Source: a bacterium (GTDB lineage: Bacteria > SAR324 > XYD2-FULL-50-16). Taken from it: a stretch of 64,000 nucleotides of DNA. The DNA lies in contig JAVVEA010000001.1 in assembly GCA_032250835.1 (NCBI GenBank), positions 512,001 to 576,000 on the forward strand, written 5' to 3'. The translations under genes were made by a program, and so were the position numbers. Shown here in pieces: positions 31,901-40,655 of this stretch; position 1 is the stretch's first letter, and each line of letters begins with the position of its first letter. Under the pieces are notes generated by a model. That model made no database searches. It saw only the letters and a program-made list of their open reading frames with translations, and had not been told where the DNA came from.

Positions 31901-32731
31901 TGTCCCGTTCGGTGGATTCGTTTACACAGCTTCCGTATTGGGACTTTGAGACAAAACTTAAACCAGCAGAGGCGACGGGCGTAGCTTCAGGTTCCAGGTT
32001 CTGGGTTCTGGGGAGCACAAAGCCTTGTTAGGTTAAAAGTGATGGGACTACTTTTTTTGGCTCATTAAGGAGCTTCGAGGCCGCAGGCCGAGGGCGACGT
32101 GTGTGACGACGCGAGCTGGCGAGTGTTGCGCAGCCTAAACCGTTGGCGAAGCCAACACTCAACGAAAAAGTAGCAAAAAAACCAGCCCCCAGGTGGCTCG
32201 CCGCTAAGACCCCGTACACCAAACTACGCTAAAAGCCAAAACTCGCCCCGCCAAGCAGCACCGAACGAAGTGAGGGCTGCGGGCGTAGCGACGCGAGCCA
32301 GCGAGTGTTGCTCATGTTGACGGTCGGCGAAGCCGACTCCCTTACGCTCGGTGCTCGAACAGTTGGCTTTCTTAACGCTCCGTTTGGCTACGGGCTCTAA
32401 GCGTCTCACCAACGGGGGAACCATAAAGGCCCTTACTGTACGGCTATGGCAAAAGGGAAATTTACGGCGTAGCCGACTCCTAAGTGGTCGGTGCTCGAAC
32501 AGTTGGCATTTTGGCTAGGCAATACTCGCCGGCTCGCATTGCTACCCACGCAGCCCTCGGCCTGTCGGCCTCGAAGCTGCTTAGCGTGGCTACGGGCTCA
32601 AAGCTGCTCGAAAAAATGGGGGAGGGTCTACGCAGTCAAGCTTTGGATTGAGCCGAAGAGTTTAAAATAGCCGGAAGTCTGAAATCAAGGTGGGAATCAG
32701 ATGTAAACCTAACAGCCAAACGAGACACTAG
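31897..32731. mobile_element. Non-autonomous MITE-like element, ~830 bp, CTAG-flanked, with nested internal repeats
   Basis: CTAG at 31897-31900 and 32728-32731; imperfect 26-bp terminal inverted repeats at 31901-31926 and 32702-32727 (19/26 identical); no credible ORF. Confidence 0.75.
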
Positions 32732-32780
32732 CGCGTCTCATCCAATCTTGGCGAGACGAGCTAGGCCTATAGGTTGACTT

Positions 32781-34307
32781 TTAAAAGTCTACAATGTCCG
32801 AAGTGCTCACGCCGGAAGCGCCGGTGGACAGGTCGATACTCCCCAGATAGTCCTTGCCGATATTGGCCGAGTCGGTGCCGAACTTCCACCAGTGTTTGAG
32901 ATTTGCAGAACTGCTATAATTGCCCCCATCCACACTCAAGTCGGCGGTGGCACTGCCGGAACTATAAAGCGCCGTCACTTCGCTGGCACTCAAGACGCTG
33001 CCCCAAAGGGCCAAGGAGTTGACGTTGCCGGTGAAGTTGTAAGAACTAATCGCTCCGTTGTAGTTGCCAACCGTCAGATATTCGTTCCCGTCGGTCTGGT
33101 TCCCGCTGAAGCTGCTACTAACTGGCGTTGCGCTAGCCAAGGAGCCGTTGACGTAAAACTTCAAGCTCTTGGTTGAGCCGTCCCAAGTCAAGACTAGGTG
33201 ATAAACCGAGCCGGTCGCGTAGCTGCTGCTAGTCAAGGATTCATGAGCCAAACTGCCGGTGCTTTGCCCATGGACTGCATAGCGGAAGTTGCCGCCGCTT
33301 TGGTAGCGGATTTCTATGGCCCCTTCTTCGTAGTTCGCCGTTGGGGTCATGAACAAGATATAGCCTTGAACGCTAGGGTAACTGGTCGGCTTGACCCAGG
33401 TGGAGATGCTAAAGGTATTGCTGACCCCGAAGGTGCTGGCTGTGCTGTTGCGCAGGAACTTGGTGGGGGATAGTGCGACGGCTTTCGCGTTGCTGGTCAC
33501 GCTCAAGCCCGAAGCGGTGAGCGCCTGAGTCGTGTAGCTCAGCGTCGATGCGCTGGCTAGGCTGGTAGCGTCGGTAGCGGCGGCTGTGGTGGTGATTTTT
33601 AGGTTGTAAGTCGTGCCGCTGGCGGCCCCGCTGGGGGTGATGACTAGTACCTTTTTGTCCGTAGATAGCGCCAAGCTTAAGGCGAGGCAGTTGGTGAAAC
33701 TGTCCGCCGAGATTTGGACGCTCCCGGTGCAGGTACCCGCACTGGAATTGGCCGTCAGGCTGGTGGTATCCATCGCCTTGCTGAAGGTCGCGGTAACGGC
33801 AGAACTCGCCGACACCCCAGTAACACCGTCAACTCGGTCGTAGCTAACCGTTGGGGCCGAGGCGACAATGAAGCCGTCGGCCATGGTATCGTTGGCTGCC
33901 ATCGTCGCACCGTTGCTGCCCTGGGCACCGGTCGTTACTTTAAGCTTGTAGGTCGTTGCCGCAGATAAATTGCTGCTGGGCGTCGCGGTATAAGATAGTT
34001 GGTCGCTAGATTCGCTAAGGGTCGAATTTAAGGGAACGCAGGTTACAAAATCGTCGCTCGAAAGCTGGATCACGCCGGTGCAATCGGCAGAACCGTCGTT
34101 GGTGGTGATGGAACTACTGCTCATGGTCTGATCAAAGGTGACCTTGAGGGTGCTGTTGGCCGCTACCGATGCATCCCCATTGGCTGGGGTAGTAGAGCTT
34201 ACCGTCGGTAAGTCGGCGGTGGCCACCTCATCTTCTTTCGGGGCTGCGCAGCCCAACAAGAAAAACGGAATCAACGCAATAGACAAGTACTTTAGGTTTG
34301 TTTTCAT
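32781..34307 (-). CDS. Surface lipoprotein with two Ig-like (Big_5/SbsA type) domains and a LamG-like domain
   Basis: Lipobox LLGC; two repeats with C.G..Q.S.D.F..C; FSISTWVKP...HLVLTWDG...YVNG...F.G....L..W. Confidence 0.85.
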   Translation of the reverse strand: MKTNLKYLSIALIPFFLLGCAAPKEDEVATADLPTVSSTTPANGDASVAANSTLKVTFDQTMSSSSITTNDGSADCTGVIQLSSDDFVTCVPLNSTLSESSDQLSYTATPSSNLSAATTYKLKVTTGAQGSNGATMAANDTMADGFIVASAPTVSYDRVDGVTGVSASSAVTATFSKAMDTTSLTANSSAGTCTGSVQISADSFTNCLALSLALSTDKKVLVITPSGAASGTTYNLKITTTAAATDATSLASASTLSYTTQALTASGLSVTSNAKAVALSPTKFLRNSTASTFGVSNTFSISTWVKPTSYPSVQGYILFMTPTANYEEGAIEIRYQSGGNFRYAVHGQSTGSLAHESLTSSSYATGSVYHLVLTWDGSTKSLKFYVNGSLASATPVSSSFSGNQTDGNEYLTVGNYNGAISSYNFTGNVNSLALWGSVLSASEVTALYSSGSATADLSVDGGNYSSSANLKHWWKFGTDSANIGKDYLGSIDLSTGASGVSTSDIVDF

Positions 34308-34485
34308 GGGAAAGTCCTCCTGTTACCCATTGATGGCCAGACATGAATCTTTCGCTCTGCAACTTCATGTTAACATTTAATCGAAAATTTCTGACCAATA
34401 ATCTACCTTCTGCATTGACCAAGCCAAAGTCGAATATTTTTCCACGACATTCGGTTTCTTCGAGATTCCGGCCTCTTGAAGCCGC

Positions 34486-34514
34486 TTGACCTAAAGACTG
34501 AAGCAAGGTAGAAT
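34486..34514 (+). promoter_or_regulatory. Sigma70-type promoter of ssrA
   Basis: TTGACC-17 bp-TAGAAT, ~50 bp upstream of the mature tmRNA 5' end. Confidence 0.75.
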
Positions 34515-34566
34515 GGTTTCAGCTTTAAAGGAGAATTTATCCTTTAAAGTCCCTGCCTTTCCTTTT

Positions 34567-34985
34567 GGGGGTGTAATTGGATCTCGACTGGGATGAGCGG
34601 GAAGTAGAGAAGCAAGCCGTGGTTGATCGAAGGGCCACGTGAAAAATCGATTGATTAGTAACTGCTAACAACAGCGAATACAACCTGAACGAAGTAGCTA
34701 TTGCTGCATAAGCAATAGCCATCTTAGCGATGGTTTTCGGCCCCCGGTTCTGCCGCGGGCTGGGCGGGAGCGGCGACGATGTCTGGTAATCGTTGTCTTC
34801 TGTAACACCACCAGGCTGGTTTTTTGCGGGGCTGTGACGCAAGAAACGAGAACAACCGCAGCTGGCGTGATATGAGGTCGCCCGATACCAAGACCATCAC
34901 GCAAGATCAAAATTACGGGCTAAGCTTGTAGAATGCTATTTCCTCCAGCCACAGGACCCGGGTTCGACTCCCGGCACCTCCACCA
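34567..34985 (+). ncRNA. ssrA: tmRNA; tag peptide (A)ANNSEYNLNEVAIAA* at 34664-34711
   Basis: 5' GGGGGTG pairs with 3' CACCTCC-ACCA with the G3:U wobble; T arm ccggGTTCGActcccgg; GTAACT-GCT resume context; tag ends in AA; smpB nearby. Confidence 0.97.
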
Positions 34986-35011
34986 AACATTTCAGGAACT
35001 TGCACGTCATA

Positions 35012-35031
35012 GTGTCCATATAGGTGTCTAT
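35012..35031. repeat. Candidate integrase arm-type binding sites
   Basis: GTGTCCAT (35012-19) and GTGTCTAT (35024-31) direct repeat with 12-bp period, ~27 bp after the ssrA 3' end. Confidence 0.4.
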
Positions 35032-36000
35032 TCTTGGACAACATGCGAAGTAATTTCTCTCAGTACCCTTAAAAGGCCTTTTTCCTCGCTTTTCCGCACA
35101 AATGCCAGATACTGGCCATCCCACCCTCTAAGCAATAGGGCCCGAACATATTGATATTCAACCAAAATGCCACTGGTCCCTAATGGCCCTTCATCTTGTT
35201 CAAAGGGCTCAGGCTTGAATATTTGAAAGTGCTTTTGGCCGAAAGCTACATGCCAAAGCTCACCTGATCTATCATAATGGGGACTATAGTCAGTTTGGGT
35301 TATAACCCTCTGCGCATTTTGTATTGAAGAACCATGGGTTGGTAGCTGAGATAGATCAACTACTAAGATGGTCGGTCCAAGTTGAAATTGTCCCTCTTTT
35401 AGATTCTGTTCGATCTGCTTGATGATAGAGCAAATAATCATTTTTGCAGACCAAGGATCATAAGTCGGCAGATGGTCTTTTTTATCGTCTTGGTCTTTTT
35501 TATATGGTTCTACGGTGGTGATAGAAATAGCCAATCGTTTTCCTTTTTTTAGCTGATCTTCAATATCGATCTTAGCATTAGTAAATTGGTCCAAAATATT
35601 TTTATATTTGGACTTACCATTGAGTTGGTGTAGCGATTTGACTTCAAAGTAGTACTTCGTTTTATTATAAGGCAGAAAATAGGTGAAATCTGGTTTTTTC
35701 CCAGCAGTCCCTTCAGGATTCTTTTCAAGTTGCGGCAAAGATGCTCTTAGTTCTTTATAAATTTTTGCTTCTCTTACAACACCGTGCAACTGCATAAGCG
35801 GAACAACATTGCCAAATTCATTAAGTGATTGAATTACAAATCTTTTAGCAACTTCACCATATTGTTTAAACATAAGCTCTTCTGAATCCTCCAAAAAGTA
35901 GGCAAACTCTTTAGTGATCTGTTGTAAAATTGTAATCTCACCGGATATACCGTTATATTCCTGTTTTAATAAGAGAATAAGTTGCCAAAGATTTTTGTTC
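35028..36000 (-). CDS. AT-rich hypothetical protein with PD-(D/E)XK nuclease-like motif; currently in frame with the integrase remnant
   Basis: E...KKPDF...YFEVKS motif; visibly lower GC than flanks; own start uncertain. Confidence 0.6.
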
Positions 36001-36001
36001 T

Positions 36002-36580
36002 CTAGAATTTCTTCCACGCCACCCCCTTCAATTCCTGTTCTGTAACTAAAGTTATACCGCTGAAAGGTCTTAGTGGTAGTATGCCCTGAAAGGGCCATGA
36101 TTTGGAAGAAGTCATTACCTGCAAGCCGCAAGTTATTGATGGCGCAGTGTCTCAAGTCATGGAAGGTGAAGTCTCCCAGGCCAGCCTGTTCAACGGCGGC
36201 AACATAGTCTTTGCGGATGTTCCCATAAAAGCCCGCTATCGGCCTCCCTTCCTTCAAGAAGACCCCGGCTGTTCCAATCCCGCGCGGTAGCTTCTTCAAC
36301 CAACTTTTAACCTTCGGGTGAATCGGCACAGATCGCTTGCGGCGGGTCTTAGTGTCTGTTCTTTCCAACCTAATAAAGCCCTCGCCCAAGTCCACTTTAT
36401 CCCAAGTCAATTTTACGATTTCGTCTTGCCGCATGGCCATATAAAAGGCCATCGAGACAATAGGCTTCAGGTATTCCGGGCTAGCGTTCCACAACCTCAA
36501 ATACTCTTGCTCTGACAGCACCCTTGCCCGGACGTTGTCTTCTGGAAGTTTCTTGATGTTGGTGATCGGGTCCACTATAA
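36002..36580 (-). pseudogene. Tyrosine recombinase/integrase remnant, N-terminally truncated and frameshifted near the C-terminus
   Basis: MRQDEI (R), KT, FHDLRH (HxxR), SGH, RY catalytic residues; native tail LVTEQELKGVAWKKF* lies in the +1 frame. Confidence 0.85.
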
Positions 36581-36592
36581 CAACACGAGGGG

Positions 36593-36868
36593 TTGAAGAA
36601 GCAGTCTTATGAAGAAATCGCTTTAAACCCAAAGTACTTAGCCCGTGATACTTCTGGAAAGGAAGATAAAAAGCTGAAGCTAATGAAGGCCATGGGAGCA
36701 AAGGCCAAGTTGTTTGACGACATTACCGAGGCGATCTTGCAAGACCAAGGCTTTGCTGTTGAGCCAGACAGTGAGCTATACAAGGTACTGCGGAAGAACT
36801 TAGCAGGATTGCAGCCCCGGCGAGATCAACCCGCTTCAGAAGCGTTTTTAACTGGCTATCATGTCTAG
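36593..36868 (+). pseudogene. Fragment possibly from the N-terminal region of another integrase-type protein
   Basis: ILQDQGFAVEPDSELYKVLRKNL resembles helical segments found upstream of catalytic domains in long phage integrases; abuts the truncation point of the minus-strand integrase. Confidence 0.3.
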
Positions 36869-37004
36869 TTATGTGACTATGCTAGATAGGTTGGAAGATG
36901 CAGAAGCTTTTGATGGCTAGGGTTTCATTGGCCCTATCTAAGCTCACCTGAGCTATCACCCAAGTTTTGTTGCCCTGTACTTAACCGCTTCCTAAGGGGT
37001 CGTG

Positions 37005-37295
37005 ATGATGCAGAAAATGCTGTTAGTGTTTATCTTTGCCCTTGTTTCCTTTAGTGAACTATTTGCAGGAAGCGCTTGGCCGATGGAGTTTCTTTCGGAG
37101 GCTGAATTTCGCCGGCTCAACGCGCAAAAATACTATTCACCGGTCAGATTGAGTAAGCAGGAAGAGCTAGCCAAAGCGCTCGAACTTGAAATCCTCGGTT
37201 TTGCTTATTTTATAGGGGACTATGGCGTTAACGATAGCTTCAGGAAAGTCACCAAGGGACACAAAACACTGCTCCCCTTAGGACCGCAACATTGA
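37005..37295 (+). CDS. Short secreted hypothetical protein, possibly truncated
   Basis: Signal-peptide-like N-terminus MQKMLLVFIFALVSFSELFA. Confidence 0.4.
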   Translation: MMQKMLLVFIFALVSFSELFAGSAWPMEFLSEAEFRRLNAQKYYSPVRLSKQEELAKALELEILGFAYFIGDYGVNDSFRKVTKGHKTLLPLGPQH

Positions 37296-37555
37296 CCCAC
37301 CCAAAGTTACCGACCTATTTCGTTTCCAGCGTTGGTTTCAACCAGCCTGAACGTCTCTTTTCTATGAGCCGGAAACCCGCTCCTGATGACGGTGACCAGC
37401 CCCCATTTGGCCAATTTTTGAAGTCATCCCGAGGTCATTTAACGTGGCCCCGTTTTTGAGGGGCTGTTCAGCAGGCCTGTTCCCGGCATGCTTAGCTTGA
37501 CAGTGGTCCGAAAAACCGGCACTTCAGAAGCAAAACCCCGAACCCGATAGCTATA

Positions 37556-38080
37556 ATGAGCAACTCAAGCCCCATAAAGGCAGGCGAACTGGCCTTGGAA
37601 CGAATCATCTTTGCCAGCCGTTGGATACAGGCCCCTGTATACCTCGGCTTGATCCTCGGCGCGATGCTTTACACCTATAAGTTCGCTGTCGAATTGATTC
37701 ACCTGACCCTAGAAACCCCGCATTTGACCGAAGAGCAGTTGATGCTGGGGATTTTGACCTTGGTGGATGTTTCCATGGTGTTGAATCTACTCTTCATGGT
37801 GGTGATCGGAGGTTATGCTACCTTCGTTAGCCATATGGATATCTACGAGCACGAAGACCGGCCCGATTGGCTAGAGAAAATCGACGCAGGCATGCTTAAA
37901 GTCAAACTCGCAGCGGCTTTGGTTAGCATTTCAGCGATCCACCTGCTCAAAGCCTTCGTCAACATCGAGAATAAAAGCTTTGAGCAATTAAAGTGGCAGG
38001 TGATCTTGCATCTGGTTTTTCTGCTTTCGGCGGTTGTGCTAGCGCTAATGGAATGGGTGATCAAAAAGAGCCATCACTAA
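37556..38080 (+). CDS. UPF0114/YqhA (TIGR00645) membrane protein
   Basis: IFASRWIQAPVYLGL, GGYATFVS, LKVKLA, SAIHLLKAF. Confidence 0.9.
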   Translation: MSNSSPIKAGELALERIIFASRWIQAPVYLGLILGAMLYTYKFAVELIHLTLETPHLTEEQLMLGILTLVDVSMVLNLLFMVVIGGYATFVSHMDIYEHEDRPDWLEKIDAGMLKVKLAAALVSISAIHLLKAFVNIENKSFEQLKWQVILHLVFLLSAVVLALMEWVIKKSHH

Positions 38081-38141
38081 TCCGAGTAGGGGTGACTTCC
38101 TTAAAACCGGCGGTCCGCCGAACCCTGTTGCTTATTAAACC

Positions 38142-38744
38142 TCAGGCCTTCGTCGCCAGGGCCAAAAAGATCGGGTAGGTGTTGGTTTCTTTGACGGCCT
38201 CAAAGGCAGTGACGAACCGGACCTGTTCAAAGCCATAGGTTTCCAGCAGTCCCTGTAGGTAGTCGCGCCGGATGCCTGAGTGAAAAACCCCCTGGGTCCC
38301 GGCGGGGTGGAAGCTGCCGTCCTCTTCGTCCAGATCGGCCAGCGCCACTTGACCGCCCGCTTTTAGGTGCTCGGCAAACTGGGCGATCATCTTTTCGGTG
38401 TCCTCGACGTGGTGCATGGCCATAGCGCTCATGATCAGGTCGTAAAACTCGCCGGTAGGTACATGGACCATATTTTGGCACAGGATCTCGACCTTGCCCT
38501 TCAGTTCCTGCTTGGCCAACAGTTGCTCTAACATAGCCTGCGAAACGTCCACCGCCGTGACTTTTTGGACGTAAGGGGCAATCTTAGAGGTGATCATGCC
38601 CGTTCCGGCCCCAAAATCCAAAACATGCATCTGCGGATGCAACGCGACTTCGTCGATGATCGACTGGCTGATGGCTTTAGATAGCTGGGCCACCAAACTG
38701 TTTTGATCCCACTCTTTGGCTTTTTCTTTAAATAGATCGGTCAT
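38142..38744 (-). CDS. Class I SAM-dependent methyltransferase
   Basis: VLDFGAGTG, AVDVS, MAMHHV, ADLDEEDGSFH; AGGAG RBS. Confidence 0.9.
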   Translation of the reverse strand: MTDLFKEKAKEWDQNSLVAQLSKAISQSIIDEVALHPQMHVLDFGAGTGMITSKIAPYVQKVTAVDVSQAMLEQLLAKQELKGKVEILCQNMVHVPTGEFYDLIMSAMAMHHVEDTEKMIAQFAEHLKAGGQVALADLDEEDGSFHPAGTQGVFHSGIRRDYLQGLLETYGFEQVRFVTAFEAVKETNTYPIFLALATKA

Positions 38745-39085
38745 CTGATTTCTCCTGGGTTTTTTATGCACTTTAGGCCCATTCTAAAGAGTTCACAAGC
38801 AGGGGCCGCATAGATTTTGCTGGGGAGCGTCCCGCCCCAACAGCCAACGAATCCCCACAAAGGCCGGGGTGGGTTTAAATCAAAAGGGTAGCAGCATTTG
38901 ATCCGCATTGTGTTAACCTGACCGCAAGGGGGCCGGCCAATCAAGGCCCTTTGCGGCCCCCAACGCGCCCCCGGTGGCCGCGCTCATTTTTAGGCTATTA
39001 CAGCCTAAGGGATTGTGAGATACTCGCAGGAGGAACTAGCCCCTAAGGAGCTGGGGGCAAGTTCAGAACCTTTCCTAGGGCAACC

Positions 39086-39550
39086 ATGACCCAGCTATAT
39101 TGTTTAAAGCAGGAACAAACCCTCAACATTCCTATCGACCAAGCTTGGCAGTTTTTCTCGAACCCCTACAACCTGGGCGAGATCACCCCGCCGCAGATGG
39201 GGTTTAAGATCACCAACGAAGCCAATGCGCTCAGTTATGAGGGGCAAATCATTAGCTACCAAATCGGGATTTTGCCCTTCATCACCACTACCTGGGTGAC
39301 TGAAGTCAAAGGGCTACAATTACACCGGCAATTCGTTGATGAGCAACGCTTCGGTCCTTACGCCTTTTGGCACCACCATCACTGCTTTGAATCCCTCGAC
39401 GGCGCGGTACGGATGACCGACGAAGTGCATTACGTGATGCCCTTTGGCTTGATTGGGCGGTTGGTGCATTTTCTTTATGTAGGCCGCAAACTAAAATCAA
39501 TCTTCGAGTTCCGCCGAAAAGTCCTGGCCCAACGCTTCGGGGAACCATGA
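39086..39550 (+). CDS. SRPBCC family protein
   Basis: WQFFSNPYNL.EITP, FVDEQRFGPYAFWHHHH.F. Confidence 0.88.
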   Translation: MTQLYCLKQEQTLNIPIDQAWQFFSNPYNLGEITPPQMGFKITNEANALSYEGQIISYQIGILPFITTTWVTEVKGLQLHRQFVDEQRFGPYAFWHHHHCFESLDGAVRMTDEVHYVMPFGLIGRLVHFLYVGRKLKSIFEFRRKVLAQRFGEP

Positions 39551-40011
39551 ATCTATTCATTTTTTCGCTAGAGCATGAAGAAAACGCCCGGTTCCACTGC
39601 GACCGGCATGTGGTCAAAATGTGTATCGAATACGCCCAGTTGCTCTCTACCGCTTGCCGGTTAAAGGGCCAAGACGAAGGATACCGGCTGACCCATGTTA
39701 ACCACCCTTGCTCCTTGTGGGTACAAAAATCAAAAGCCAACTGGCGATGGGTGTTGGACTTATTGGCGGCACTAAATGCGGAATATCGTTTTCGTTACGG
39801 CAAAGAACCAAACCATAAGTCCTTTGAGGTGGCCCAAAGCCTTACTTGCCCGGACTTACCTAACGAGGGGCTCAGCCCTTTTGCTCAGGTCATGCCCGAG
39901 CAATACCGACAAGCAGACTGCGTACAGGCCTACAGAGATTACTTTAGGGGTGAAAAGCGGCGGCTGGCGCAATGGACTAAGCGAGAGGTACCTGGATGGT
40001 TTTCAAACTAA
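39547..40011 (+). CDS. Pyrimidine-dimer DNA glycosylase/endonuclease V-like protein
   Basis: MNLF...HCDRHVVKM..EYAQLL, THVNHPC..W, EY.FRYGK..H, QVMPEQY, AYRDY, WTKR..P.W. Confidence 0.8.
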   Translation: MNLFIFSLEHEENARFHCDRHVVKMCIEYAQLLSTACRLKGQDEGYRLTHVNHPCSLWVQKSKANWRWVLDLLAALNAEYRFRYGKEPNHKSFEVAQSLTCPDLPNEGLSPFAQVMPEQYRQADCVQAYRDYFRGEKRRLAQWTKREVPGWFSN

Positions 40012-40021
40012 AGGATTGGGC

Positions 40022-40582
40022 ATGAAAAAGTTTTTATTATGGCGCTCTGGTCTCTTAGCGCTCCTGTTCGCGCTGGCTAGCCTTTGGCCTTCTGTGGCTT
40101 CGGCTGAACCGCCCGAGGTGGTGCCCAAGGTGGATTTAGCGAGGTATCTAGGGGACTGGTATGAAATCGCCGCTTACCCCCAATGGTTTCAAAAAGGTTG
40201 CACCGCCACCTTGGCAAACTACTCAATGCGAGCAGACCAAAGCTTGAGGGTATTAAATCGCTGCAAGCTCCAGGACCCAAAGAGCGGCAAAGAAAAGGAA
40301 GCCGAAGGAATCGCCTGGGTCGTCGATTCCCAAAGCAACGCCAAACTAAAGGTCCAGTTCTTTTTGTCCTCTTGGTTTCGGGCTGATTTTTTGGCCGGTG
40401 ATTATTGGATCATTGCTTTGGGTGAGGACTACCAATACGCCGTAGTGTCCGACCCGACCAAGGAATACCTATGGATTCTCGCGCGCCAGCCCATCCTGGC
40501 GGAGGCGACCTTAGAGGCGATTTTAAAAAACCTGCAAGCCCAGGGGTATGACCTGGAAAAATTGCAGTACACCAAGCATTAA
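40022..40582 (+). CDS. blc: Bacterial lipocalin (Blc-like)
   Basis: VDLARYLGDWYEIA, KLKVQFF, DYWII, YLWILAR. Confidence 0.88.
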   Translation: MKKFLLWRSGLLALLFALASLWPSVASAEPPEVVPKVDLARYLGDWYEIAAYPQWFQKGCTATLANYSMRADQSLRVLNRCKLQDPKSGKEKEAEGIAWVVDSQSNAKLKVQFFLSSWFRADFLAGDYWIIALGEDYQYAVVSDPTKEYLWILARQPILAEATLEAILKNLQAQGYDLEKLQYTKH

Positions 40583-40655
40583 CCGGCAACCCTCGCCCCA
40601 GAGCGGGCCCCGCTGGGAAATTAAGCCCTAAAAGCCGCGGTCAAACCGCTGGCCC

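Noticed and set aside
32028-32424. Short ORFs 32028-32222 and 32224-32424
   Set aside because: They lie in the repeat element and show no protein-like features or transposase motifs.
32048-32610. CRISPR array interpretation of the repeats
   Set aside because: The repeats are degenerate, in both orientations and irregularly spaced, and there are no cas genes.
34537-35154. ORFs overlapping ssrA
   Set aside because: Shadow frames of the tmRNA gene.
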